This document shows positions 1 to 13,606 of a DNA stretch of 64,000 nucleotides, one piece after another; the first letter of the stretch is position 1; the number at the start of each line of letters is the position of its first letter. The DNA is from Octopus sinensis. Its lineage: Eukaryota. The stretch is from the NCBI RefSeq assembly GCF_006345805.1, contig NC_043003.1:31000001-31064000 (forward strand), in the 5' to 3' direction. The position numbers and the translations under genes are program-made. Below the pieces are notes generated by a model. That model had not been told where the DNA came from. It was given only the letters and a program-made list of their open reading frames with translations, and did not search any database.

Positions 1-886
1 AAAAAAATTTATCTTACTATATTTTTTATTCGTTGTTAATACGTTTATTCATACACTGTTACGAAAATTTAACCTTTTTTAGGATACTTTCAAGCCTTCG
101 CCATAACTTGATTTATCTTCTATCTCTCTCTCTACAATATTTAACCGCAGCTGCCTCAAGCGGAATCCCATCTTTTCCCATCTTTCAGTCATTGCGGTCT
201 TCTTTTTCCTCCTCTTCTTCTCATATGCTAAAACTTGAAAACGCCATTACTATTACTATTACGATTCTGCAATTTAAATTCCCAGTTCAACTACTTTCTT
301 CTTCAATTTCAACTCCCGCTCGATGACCGCAGCAAGTTTTAAAAAAAATTTATCTTACTATATTTTTTATTCGTTGTTAATACGTTTATTCATACATGTT
401 ACGAAAATTTAACCTTTTTTAGGATACTTTCAAGCCTTCGCCATAACTTGATTTATCTTCCTATCTCTCTCTCTACAATATTTAACCGCAGGCTGCCTCA
501 AGCCGTAATCCCATCTTTTTCCCATCTTTCAGTCATTGGCGGTCTTCTTTTTCCTCTCTTCTTCTTCATATGCTAAAACTTGAAAACCGCCATTACTATT
601 ACTATTACGATTCTGCAATTTAAATTCCCAGTTCAACTACTTTCTTCTTCAATTTCAACTCCCGTCGATGACCGCAGCAAGTTCTTAAAAAAATTATCTT
701 ACTATATTTTTTATTCGTTGTTAATACGTTTATTCATACACTGTTACGAAAATTTAACCTTTTTTAGGATACTTTCAAGCCTTCGCCATAACTTGATTTA
801 TCTTCCTATCCTCTCTCTACAATATTTAACCGCAGGCTGCCTCAAGCCGTATAATCATCTTTTCCCATCTTTCAGTCATTGGCGGT
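1..886. repeat. ~345-bp tandem satellite, ~2.5 copies visible (runs off the window start)
   Basis: Unit 'aaaaaaatttatcttactatattttttattcgttg...gatgaccgcagcaag' restarts at ~1, ~341 and ~690; the third copy stops at 'ggcggt' (886) where RTE-associated sequence begins. Confidence 0.85.
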
Positions 887-1424
887 GCGCCCGCCCCCCC
901 ACCCCCACCACCAATACCGTTGAACACTGTTCTCACCCCCACCACCAATACCGTTGAACACTGTTCTCACCCCCCCCCCCACACAATACCAGTATACCCC
1001 GTTCTCTCTATCTACACCGGATACACCTTACTCATCTACACTGGGTACGCCCTACTCCCTCCTCCTCCTCCCATACCACTTCTCCTCATATGCTTAAGAC
1101 AAGCTGCTAGCGCCATAGCTCATCAACTGCCCACCGATCTTACGCTTCCTCCTGACACTGCCTCAATCCGACCATCCCCTTTTAGTACCCTCCCGCCTCG
1201 TCAATCCGACCATCCCCTTTAGTACCCTCCCGCCTCGTAATATCCTACGTTTTTATTTCTTAGGAACCTACACCAACCCTTCCTGCCATCGTTCCTCCTT
1301 ACCCCAACCTTCCCCACTGGTTGCTCCCCTATATTACCCGCCTCAACTGGACCTCCCCAACTCAACTCTAGAATATCTGTATTTCTTTCCTCTACCTAAT
1401 TACGTTACTCAGAGACGATAACAA

Positions 1425-4400
1425 ATGTCCACTGCTAACACCAGCTCCTGCCCACGGCGTGGTCAGGTTGGAAGAGAGATCAAAAGAAAAATACCACGAA
1501 AACTAGCCACCACCACTACAACCCTCCTCTTCTCAGGCGCCGAATCCCCCCTGTCCCCCCCACATCTCCTTCCCAGTTTTCAGAGTTGGCACTATCAATG
1601 TTGGTACATTGACAGGCAAGTCTAGTGAGATTGTAGAGATGCTAGAGAGAAGACAGGTTGATGTAGCTGATACAAGAGGTAAGATGGAGAGATGCTTCGG
1701 CTAGGGTCCTCACGGGCAAGGCACTTAGATACAAACTCTACTGGCAAATGGTAACGCGGAAGGTGTAGGGGGGTTGTAGGCATTCTCCTTGCGGAGGAAT
1801 GGGTGGATAAGGTATAGAGGTTGTCAGGGTTTGTGATAGAGTGCTTAAGCTCAGGTTGGTCCTACAGAGTGGCACAGCTATGATTATCTCAGCCTATGCC
1901 CCACAAGGGGACTACCAAATGATCAGAAGGACAACTTTTATGATACCCTTCTGCAGGCTACTTCAAAGACAGTAACAAGGACCTCATCTTTGTAGGTGGA
2001 GATTTTTTAACGGGCATGTTGGGGGGAATCGGGTATCTTCACTGGGGTACATGGTGGATATGGTATTGGCACCAGAAACGATGAGGGAACTAGACTACTG
2101 GAATTCTGTGATGCATGTAACCTTTCAATCTGCAACACTAACTTCAAGAAGCCAGTCTGCCACCTTATAACTTATCAGTCAGGAGACTCCGCTAGCCAAA
2201 TAGACTTCATCCTCACCAGACAACGGGATGCGGGGTGCTCTTGAATAAAAAGTCCCTCCCGGGTGAAGAATGTATCCCTCAGCATAGACTAATCATCAGT
2301 GACTTTAAGCTTGAGGCCAGAAGGACTCCAGAAACAAACCAATCCAGAAAAGAAGGATTTGGAGGTAAAGAACCCTTCGCCATGTCAGAAATTTAGGGAC
2401 ATACTCATCAAGAAATTTGATGAGAGGGAAGAGGAGCTTCAGATGTCAGACATAGAAGGTAGCTGGGAATTCCTACGGGACAGCTTGTTGAGTGCCACAG
2501 ACAAGTTTGTGGATGGTGCAAAGTCCCTTCCAGACCTAGAATTACGTGGTGGTGAATAGTGCAGTAGATAAAGCCATCTGTGAAAAGAGACGAGCCTGGA
2601 AAGCCTGGAGGAGGGGGGCAGCAGGGAACTGTACCAGATAGCCAAAAGGGAGGCTGGGCGGCAGGTATACATTGCCAAAGATGTAGCAGAAAAAGAAGAA
2701 GTTTGCCAATGTCCAGCGTCGCGAGGATCAAAGAGCTGAAGTATTTCGGATTGCCAGACAGTGTGTCAGAGAAAATAGCGATGTTATAGGAGAGAAATGT
2801 GTCCGCATGGATGATGGGGCACTTGCTTTTTACTAGTGAAAAGAAAGAGGCTTGGAGAAGCCATTATGAAAGACTGCTAAATGAGGAGAATGAATGGGAG
2901 GAGGAGAGCCTGCCAAATGTTGACCCAGTAGAGGGACCAGCTACCCGAATAGACAGCTCCCGTGTAGATAAGGCAATTAAGGATATGAAACCAGGCAAAG
3001 CCCCTGGCCTATCAGGAATCACTGCTGAGATGCTTAAAACAGCTGGCTATGTGGGCCATGCCATAGTCACCCGCATTGTAAACCAGGTAGTTCACAATGG
3101 AGCCATACCCAATGACTGGTGCAGCAGTACCATAGTCAACTGCTACAAGGGTAAGGGTGATGCTTAGATAGAAATAACTACAGAGGTATCAAAATGTTGG
3201 ACCAGGTGATGAAGGTCTCAGAGAAGGTCATAACCAATCTCATTAGGGAGAGAATTTGTTAGATGAAATGCAGTTCGGTTTTGTACCAGGTAGAAGCACC
3301 ACTGATGCTATATTCCTGGTCCGACAACTGCAGGAGAAGTACCTAGCTAAAGATAAACCCCTCTACATAGCTTTTGTAGACTTGGAGAAAGCCTTTGACA
3401 GGGTTCCCCGTTCCCTTATCTGGTGGTCGATGCGGAAACTGGAGATTGAAGAATGGCTAATAAGGGCTGTACAGGCTCTATACAGAGAGGCTGTTAGCAA
3501 GGTTAGGATTGGCAACGAATATAGTGAAGAATTCCGAGTAGAAGTAGGTGTGCACCAGGGCTCAGCCCTCAGTCCCCTTTTGTTCATCATAGTACTTCAA
3601 GCAATAACAGAGGAATTCAAAACGGGATGCCCCTGGGAGCTCCTCTATGCCGATGACCTAGCTCTCATAGCAGAATCACTACCGGAACTAGAAGAGAAAT
3701 TTCGGGTATGGAAGCAAGGGTTGGAATCAAAGGGCCTTAGAATAAATGTAGCAAAGACCAAAGTATTAGTAAGCAGCAAGAGGTACTCAACACACATCCC
3801 TCGGGTAGGTGGCCCTGCTCAACCTGTAGGAAAGGTACAGGTAGAAACTCCATAAGATGCACCCAATGTAAGTTATGGACATAAGAGGTGCAGCAACATT
3901 AAAGGGAAATTAACAGATAAGATAGCTTTCATGTGCGGCAGATGCACAGGGACAATAGACACAACAGACACTCAGAAAACAGATTCCATCACACTCCAGG
4001 GAGAGAAACTAGAAGTAGTTGATAGTTTCCGCTACCTGGGAGACCAAGTTAGTAGCGAGGTGGATGCACAGAGAGTATCACCACTAGAATACGAATAGCC
4101 TGGGCAAAGTTCAGAAAGCTCCTACCCCTACTGGCAACAAAAGGCCTCTCCCTCAGAGCAAAAGGTAGATTATATGATGCATGTGTGCGAACTGCCATGC
4201 TTCACGGTAATGAAACATGGGCTGTGACTGCAGAAGACATGCGTTAGACTTGAAAGAAATGAAGCTAGCATGATCCGTGGTGGTAGTGTCAGTGTGCACG
4301 CAAAACAGAGTGTAAGTATCCTGAGAGAAATGCTGGATATAAGAAGCATCAGATGTGGTGTGCAAGAGCGACGCTTGCGATGGTATGGTCATGTGCTGCG

Positions 4401-4626
4401 GATGGATGAAGAGAGATGTGTGAAGAAGTGCCACTCCCAAACAGTTGAAGGTATCAGGGGGAGAGGTAGACCCAGGAAGACATGGGATGAGGTGGTCAAG
4501 CATGACCTCAGAGCATGGGGCCTCACTGAGGCAATGGCGAAGGACTGAGATCTCTGGAGATATGCTGTGACTACAAAGACCCGGGCTGCTTTCTGCAGCA
4601 ATTCCACATACCCCTACCCATTCTAA
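1425..4626 (+). pseudogene. RTE ORF (APE endonuclease - RT with inserted PHD finger), broken by single-base frameshifts and a few stops
   Basis: ORF-track pieces 2799-3167, 3256-3855 and 4270-4548 join into one APE-RT protein when single-base indels are corrected. Confidence 0.85.
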
Positions 4627-4766
4627 GTACCCCCCTACCCATTCTAAGTACCCCCTTACCCATTCTAAGTACCCCCCTACCCATTCTAAGTACCCGGATC
4701 CCCAAAGTACCCGGATCCCCAAAGTACCCTGGATCCCCAAAATACCCCAATCCCCAAAGTACCCGG
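4608..4766. repeat. Two adjacent minisatellites in the RTE 3' UTR (21-bp x4, then ~17-bp x4)
   Basis: 'ccccctacccattctaagtac' x4 followed by 'ccggatccccaaagtac' x~4. Confidence 0.9.
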
Positions 4767-5138
4767 ACCTCGTTGTCCCCGTGCCGCTGACACGTTAAAA
4801 TGCTCGAATCCGATCGTGACGATGCCGGACCTCGGCCCCTGTGCAGGTGGCACGTAAAAAAAAGCCCCAATCCACTCACGGAGTGGTTGGCGTTAGGAAG
4901 GGCATCCAGCCGTAGAAACTCTGCCAGATTCAGACTGGAGCCTGGAGCGGCCCCTGGCTTCCCAGACCCGGTCAAACCGTCCAACCGTGCTAGCGCGGAA
5001 AGCGGACGTTAAACGATGATGATGATGATGATGATGATGATGATATATATAATAAAATATATGTGTGTGTATATATGCACGTGTGTGTGTGTGTGTGTAT
5101 ATATATGTGTAATATATATATCTACTTTTCTGTTTTAG

Positions 5139-5342
5139 ATATGTGAAGAACTGATGACAGCCTGTCTGGCTCCTGATTGTAACATGGGTGGTCTTGGCTG
5201 TGACAACATGACCGTTGTTCTTGTTTGCTTTCTACATGGAGGGACATATGATGAATTGGCCAAGAAATGTGCTAGACCAGTAACTCACTCTATAAGTGCT
5301 CTTCACAATGATAACTCTTTAAATTCTTTAGACTTGAAATAG
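5139..5342 (+). CDS. Terminal coding exon of a PP2C/PPM-family Ser/Thr protein phosphatase; upstream exons lie outside the window
   Basis: Acceptor 'cttttctgttttag' at 5125-5138; phase-0 translation ICEELMTACLAPDCNMGGLGCDNMTVVLVCFLHGGTYDELAKKCARP...LDLK* contains the PP2C motif GCDNMTVVLV. Confidence 0.9.
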   Translation: MCEELMTACLAPDCNMGGLGCDNMTVVLVCFLHGGTYDELAKKCARPVTHSISALHNDNSLNSLDLK

Positions 5343-6064
5343 TAAGACTGACACCCATAGCCTAGTAGTTGTTGTTGTTAACATTGATGTTAATGTTGTT
5401 TTGTTGTGTTGGACATTGTTAATAAATACATTGAAATGTTGACATTTCTCTCCCCCAACTGAACACCCACCCAGTTCCTCCCTCACCTTCCACAAGACCT
5501 CCACCCCACTCTGGTCCACTTCCCAGTATGAATACCATTAACCACTAACATCACTACTACCACCACTGCCACCACCACCACCACCACTACTACTGATTCC
5601 ACCACAGCCACCATCACCAGCTTTTGAAGGGAATAAACATGAAAAAGAAATTAAAAAATGAAAACAAGGAAAAAGGGGATAGAAAGAGAAATATGAAATA
5701 AAAAAAAAGATATTTAGTTTATTTAATGAACTTTGATAAACAAACAAACAAAAAACAAATAAGTCATTCTACCTTCAATAGTAATAATAATAACAATAAT
5801 TATGATGATGATGATGCTTCTGTTACTCCCATCCTCTCACCAAAATAAATATTCTTGTTCTGTCTTTAATTTAAAAAGCTGTAAATTTCTGTGTCTGTAT
5901 GCATGTGTGTGTGTGTGTGTGCATATGTGTACGTGTGCACATATGCATCATAATATACTGCAAGTAAAGGCAAGTGCTTGTAACATGACTGAGACTTTAC
6001 AGAATGCAACTGCGTCGTGTTGGTTACTGTAGCAGAAGTTTTGTGTCCAAAAAACAAATATATA

Positions 6065-6099
<35 letters not shown>

Positions 6100-6505
6100 T
6101 AAGAAAAGTAAAAAGTAACAACAAAAGAACAAGACAAAAAAGTATTAAAAATTAACCAAAAATATGCAACCCACTTTTCTATCTCACCTGCAACTCTTTG
6201 AACTCACCTGAAATTATTATCATTACAAACATGCACTTAAAGTACCATGTTATTGCTAAGGTAAGAAAATGTTACAGCAGTGGTATGGCAAATGAAATCC
6301 CATCTAAGCCCCCATCTCTTTCCAAATGTCCCCACAACATATTCTGGATTATTCTTTTTCTTCTTCCTTTTTTTTTTGCCCCTTTCACTCCACTCTGGTT
6401 CAACCCAGAACTCATTGGTTTTTCAAAAGAACGTTCATATTTTTCTTGCAAATCTGTAATTGAAAATAATTGTAATACATATCTATCCAAATATACATAC
6501 AATTA

Positions 6506-6552
<47 letters not shown>

Positions 6553-6572
6553 TAACTCTGTGTACATAGGAA

Positions 6573-6611
<39 letters not shown>

Positions 6612-7399
6612 TAAATATGCATAGTATTCAGAATGTTATATTTTCTTATATCATGTCTATGTTTTTATTGTTTAACTGTATATATGTATGCATTTGAAAT
6701 ATATTTGCACATGCACCCACATGTATATGTAAATGCATACTTATGCATATGTATGTTTTTGTGTGTATATATACATCAAAATCTATGGATGATTTAGTGG
6801 TACACACACTCACTCACACATACACACACATAAATGTATTACATGTATTTATATATGTTTATATTTATCTTTAAATATATATTTATATATTCATGTGTGT
6901 ATATATTCTTTTGTGTTTCAGCCAGATGGCTGTGGTTATGCTGGAGCACCACTATGTATATATATATGTATATATCTATATACATGTATATATATTTATA
7001 TATGTGCGTATATATAAATATATATGTATATATATATATATATATATAAGTAAATATATAGATATTTGTAAATATATATACATTACTTATCTATATAGTT
7101 TGCGTACAATATATATTTATACATTCATACAGAAATGACTGTTGACTTGTCCAAATGACTGCAACTGGCTATGCATTGTGAAATAGCAGAATACTGAAAT
7201 AGTATGCTACTAACACCCACTACTTATCTCTATTTGTCTGTAAGCATATCTTTTAATAGTCTATCTTTCCCTTGTTGCAATACAGTGTCTAATCTCTGGT
7301 TAAGTAACTGCACAGCATCATGTACATATATGTATATGCATAACTATTAGCACATACATACCTCTATTTATGTATGTGTAATTGTGCATATAAAAATAC

Positions 7400-7631
7400 A
7401 CATACATCCCCGCAGCACAAGTATGTAGATATACATATGTATGTATATAAACATATATGTATGGATAAACATGTGTGTATATAAGCACACACACACATAC
7501 ACAAGCATATATACATATATATACATTTGTATTTTTATATTTGTGTGTGTGTCTACATATATATTTATGTATATATGTAATATATATATGTGTATATATG
7601 TATGTGTATATATATATATTATATATATATG

Positions 7632-7682
<51 letters not shown>

Positions 7683-8310
7683 GGTATATATATATATATG
7701 TATATATATATATGTATATATATATATGTAATATATATTGTATATATATATATGTATATATATATATGTATATATATATATGTATAGATATATTGTATAT
7801 ATATATATGTATATATATATTGTATATATATATATGTATATATATATATGTATATATATATATGTATATATATATATGTATATATATATATGTATATATA
7901 TAATGTATATATATATATGTATATATATATATGTATATATATATATGTATTATTTATATATGTATATATATATATGTATATATATATATGTATATATATA
8001 TGTATAAATGTATATATGTATATATATATGTATATATGTGTATATGTATATGTGTATATGTATATATATATATGTATATATATATATGTATATATATATA
8101 TGTATATGTATATATGTATATGTATATATGTATATATTAGTGTATATTATATGTATATGTATATATTATATGTATATATATGTATATGTATATATATGTA
8201 TATGTATATATATATGAATATATGTATGTATATGTATATATATGTATGTATATATATATGTATATGTATATGTATAATATATGAATATATGTATAATATG
8301 TATATATATG

Positions 8311-8399
<89 letters not shown>

Positions 8400-8415
8400 G
8401 TATATATAATATATG

Positions 8416-8446
<31 letters not shown>

Positions 8447-8461
8447 GTATATATATATATG

Positions 8462-8492
<31 letters not shown>

Positions 8493-8790
8493 GTATATAT
8501 ATCTTATATGTTATATATATATATGTATGTATATATATATATGTATTATATATATATATGTATATATATATATGTATATATATATATGTATATATATATA
8601 TGTAATATATATATGTATATATATATATGTATATATATATGTATATATTATATGTATATATATATATGTATATATATATATGTATATATATATATGTATA
8701 TATATATGTGTAATATATATATGTATATATATATGAATATATGTATATATATATGTATATATATATATATGTATATATATATGATATATG

Positions 8791-8821
<31 letters not shown>

Positions 8822-9981
8822 GAATAATGTATATATATATATAATTATGTATATATATATGAATATATGTATATATATATGAATATATGTATGAATATAT
8901 GTTGTATATATATATATATATATATGAATATGAATATATGTATATGTATATATATATATATATGAATATATGAATATATGTATGTATATATATATATATA
9001 TATGAATATATGAATATATGAAATATGTATGTATATATATATATATATATGAATATATGTATGTGTATGTATATATATAGTATGAATATATGTATGTATA
9101 TATATATATATATATATGAATATGTATGTAATATATATATATATATATGAATATATGTATGTATTATATATATATGAATATATGAATATATGTATGTATG
9201 TATTATATAATATATATATATATGAATATATGTATGTATGTATATATATATATATATGAATATATGAATATATGTATGTATATATATATATATATATATG
9301 AATATATGAATATATGTATGTATATATATATATATATATATATATTATATGAATATATGTATGTATATATATATATATATAATGAATATATGAATATATG
9401 TATGTATAGATATATATATATATATATATATGAATATATGTTATGTATATATATATATATATATATATGAATATATGAATATATGTATGTATATATATAT
9501 ATATATATGAATATATGAATATATGTTATGTATATATATATATATATATATGAATATATGAATATATGTATGTATATATATATATATATATGAATATATG
9601 TATTATATATATATATATATATGAATATATGAATATATTTATGTATATATATATATATATAATGAATATATGAATATATGTATGTATATATATAGGATAT
9701 ATTATGTATATATATATATATATGAATATATGTATGTATATATATATATATATTTATATATAATGATATGTATTATATATATATATATATATATGAATAT
9801 ATGTATGTATATATATATATATATATATATATAATATGAATATATGTAGTATATATATATATATATATAATGAATATATGTATGTATATATATATATATG
9901 AATTATGTATGTATATATATAATATATATATATATATGAATATATGTATGTATATATATTATATATATATATGAATATATG

Positions 9982-10017
<36 letters not shown>

Positions 10018-10031
10018 TATATGTATGTATG

Positions 10032-10065
<34 letters not shown>

Positions 10066-10135
10066 GAATATATGTATGTATATATATGTATGTTATATAT
10101 ATGTGCGTGTGTGTGTGTGTGTTTATATATATACA
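7400..10135. repeat. ~2.7-kb compound microsatellite (TA)n / (TATATG)n / (TATGAA)n
   Basis: Direct reading; source of the YI/MY/CI pseudo-ORFs. Confidence 0.97.
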
Positions 10136-10157
10136 CAAACACGCATATACATATGCA

Positions 10158-10734
10158 CGCAGATCTGCAAGAAGTAAGTACAAACCTTTAATTTTTGAAA
10201 TCTTTTATTTGATATTAATTGGTTGAAGGAGAGGTTTTCTTATACCTGCTCATGCATAATACCCAAGTTTATGCAGCTATGTAACACATGTTCCTGGACT
10301 AACTTCTAGCTGTTTTGAAATGTCAGAAGCCTTTGAATGGGGTTCATTTTCCACAACTCTCTTCAAACAGAAAAGCTTTGTTTCCGACGACCCATGTTGG
10401 CCGGGACGAGAATCTGTTGATTCTTTTCCTTGGGCTTGAATTGCACTATAATTCTATTTACAGTAGCAAGAGGAATTTGAAGATTTTCGGCAATTTTTCG
10501 CTGGCAAAGACCAGCCTCAGATTGCCCAACAATACAACCACCTTGAAAATCTGACAGTTCTGCTGAATTTTTTGTGCGAGGCATAGTTACTTTTTGCAAA
10601 TGTTTAATATAATGGCACCTGGAATGAAAAAGAATAATTGCATTGTAAATTCTACACTGCTAAAACCATATTAAGACGCTTAGATCAGACATTTTGAAAA
10701 TTAAAGGTGTCTATTTACTTCCTGCAAGTCTGTG
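10158..10734 (-). mobile_element. Internally deleted Tc1-family DNA transposon (both TIRs, N-terminal DNA-binding region only)
   Basis: ~45-bp imperfect TIRs (cgcagatctgcaagaagtaagtacaaacctttaattt / aaattaaaggtgtctatttacttcctgcaagtctgtg), TA on the right flank; minus strand [46 protein letters not shown] then [16 protein letters not shown]...LHKLGY...RKPLL with stops; no DDE domain. Confidence 0.85.
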
Positions 10735-11290
<556 letters not shown>

Positions 11291-12123
11291 CAAATATTAA
11301 CACATTTACGATGTCTGTACAGCTGAATATAAGTTTTTTGTTTCAGATGAGATACCTATATGAGCTAAGGTTTTATTTTTCTCTTTCACTCATTTTTCTC
11401 CTTACCTTCTTCCTAATATAACTGATGTTGCTGCTGGGTGCATAGATAAATGTGTATGCATGCATGCATACATGTGTGCATGTCTTCTCTTCACCTTTCT
11501 CACATCATTAGAGATAGTGAGAAAAGTAGATTGGATTATAACTAATTTTGGAACTGTGAATTCATGAATGCATCACACATGCCATACTGCACTCAGTTGC
11601 ACAGTGAACTGCACTCAATATTTGCAGGATTCATTTGTTGTTGACAAGGCAAGAACAAATGAAAACAGCGGCAACAGCAACATTTTGAACACCACCAGAA
11701 GCTACTACAACAGAAGAAATAAAACTCAAACAAAAATTAAATAAATGCCAGAAAAACAATAGAATTTGTATATCAGTTACAATTTGCTTACAAAGTTTTT
11801 ATGTATATAGATGCATGTGTGTATATTTATTTGCATATATGTGTATGTATATATAAATATATATGTATGTATATATATATATATTATATATATATATAAA
11901 TGTATGTGTGTGTGAATGTATGTATGTGTATAAACAAAGATGTATACATACATGTCATGGCTGACATATACACTAGTTTGGGGAGGACTTGTCTGAACAT
12001 ATATGTATATATACACTCACACACACACATATGCATATATATATATATACACAGAACACACACACATGCACATATATACAAGTATGAATATATAAACACA
12101 TGCATCCAATATGAATGTATGTT

Positions 12124-12158
<35 letters not shown>

Positions 12159-12623
12159 TATATTCACATATCTAGATATATACATTTACATGCATACTCA
12201 CACACAATTATATGTATAATAATTTAAGCATTTTGCTGGAATAAAATTGAAAGTTTATATTTTACCAAGAAAAACAAAACATTGAAGCAAAATAAATAAA
12301 AAAAAACATCACAAGCCAAAAAAAAAATTAAAAGAGAGAAACTTCAAAGACATGTCTTTTTGTTGCTTGTGTAATATTGTATTGAATATGATTCCTTCAG
12401 AGTTCTTCAATAGTATCTCAACAATATTTTGCTAGTGTTAGTATCTGATGATGCTCTATTGAGATATTATGGTGTGACAACTTTTATTGTATTTTTGTTT
12501 TGCATTGTTGCTATCAGTAATTCTTGTGGCTCATGGTCTCAATCTAAAGTTATTATTATATTATTATTATTATTATATTATTATTATTATTATTGCTGCT
12601 GCTGCTACTACTACTACTACTAC

Positions 12624-12838
12624 TAAGGCATCAATCTAGCAGAATTGTGAGCACACCAGGCAAAATGCTTAGTGGCATTTTGTGTGTCTGCATGACCAGA
12701 GTTCAAATTCTGCTGAGGTTGACTTTGCCTTTCATCCTTTTGGGGTTGATAAATTAAGTACCAGTGAAACACTGGGTTGATGTAATCGACTAGTCCCCTC
12801 TCCACAAATTTCAGGCCTTGTGCCTTTAGTAGAAACAA
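12624..12838 (+). mobile_element. tRNA-derived SINE, family A (core 'gtcgactttgcctttcatcctttcggggtcgataaa'), CpG-decayed copy
   Basis: A-box-like 'ctagcagaattgtgagc', B-box 'gagttcaaattc', core matches the copies at 24931, 51353 and 56136. Confidence 0.85.
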
Positions 12839-13606
12839 TTATTATTCTATGTTTGACTTTTGCTTTATGTCTGTGCAAGTTGGCTCCAAGTCTCACCCAG
12901 AGACCTCAAGAGACAATAAGTTGGAAGTTCACGTTGTTGTTATGCCTAGTGTGCCATATATTTGTTTTTTTTTTTTTTTTGTGTTGTACTAGTGAATGTC
13001 TAATACATAAAAAAAAAAAAAAAAGGTTGTTTTAAACCTTGAGATTACATAGAGAGTATTTTGCGTAGGATATGAGCAGTTCCCATGAGCACTATCTTTT
13101 GAATTTCTGCCATTTTGGGGTTTCCTGGTATCTGAGTTAGCTAGCAATCAGCCTCTTTCGCTATCATTCCCAGGGCATCTATGACAACAGGTATTGTTTT
13201 AGTTTTCAGCTTCCACATTTTTCTGATTTCTATTTCAAGATCTTTATATTTGCTCAGTTTTTGGTAGGTCTTGACAGATATGTAGGTCTTGACAGTCATA
13301 TCAATGAGGAGGCATGTTCTTTGTCTGAAGTATTTCAATATGATGTCTGGCCTATTTGCATTTATCTTTCTGTCAGTTTGAATGGTGAAGTTCCAGAAGA
13401 GTGAGATGTGGTCATTTTCAAGCACTGGAGGTGGATTGTGTTGCCACCAGTTTTTTTCATAGGGCAAATCCAGGTTTTTGCAAATTACTCAGTGAATATA
13501 TTGTGCAGCTGTATCATGCCTGTTGAGATACTCTGTAGGCGCTAGAAGGCTGCACTTGGCGACAACATGATCAATGGTTTCATTTTGCTGTTGACATAAA
13601 ATTCAC
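12839..13606 (-). mobile_element. 3' end of an R4/Dong-type (restriction-like endonuclease) non-LTR retrotransposon
   Basis: Minus strand CQQQNETIDHVVAKC (CCHC knuckle), EYLNRHD, WNFTIQTDRKINANRPDII...LIDM...QKLSKYKDLEIEIRKMW...TIPVVIDALG (PD-(D/E)xK RLE), then 3' UTR and short (AAT) tail at ~12840. Confidence 0.88.

Larger units (their letters stand above)
887..5044 (+). mobile_element. Near full-length RTE-clade non-LTR retrotransposon, sense-oriented in the PP2C intron
   Basis: APE motifs (FRVGTINVGTLTGKSSEIVEMLERR ~1580; VGGDFNGHVG-like ~1995; SQIDFIL ~2195), RT motifs (KAPG, QFGF, DLEKAFD, GVHQGSALSPLLF, LLYADDL, FRYLG), RTE C-terminus ([19 protein letters not shown]), 3' UTR 'ggcgttaggaagggcatccagccgtagaaac' and (GAT)n tail ending at 5044. 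The 5' boundary is approximate. Confidence 0.92.

Noticed and set aside
33-957. ORFs of 97 and 125 aa in the satellite
   Set aside because: Frames differ between near-identical units and there is no recognisable domain.
887-1420. HDV-like ribozyme expected at an RTE 5' end
   Set aside because: The nested double-pseudoknot could not be built by eye; only short tandem duplications (36 and 37 bp) and C-rich runs were seen.
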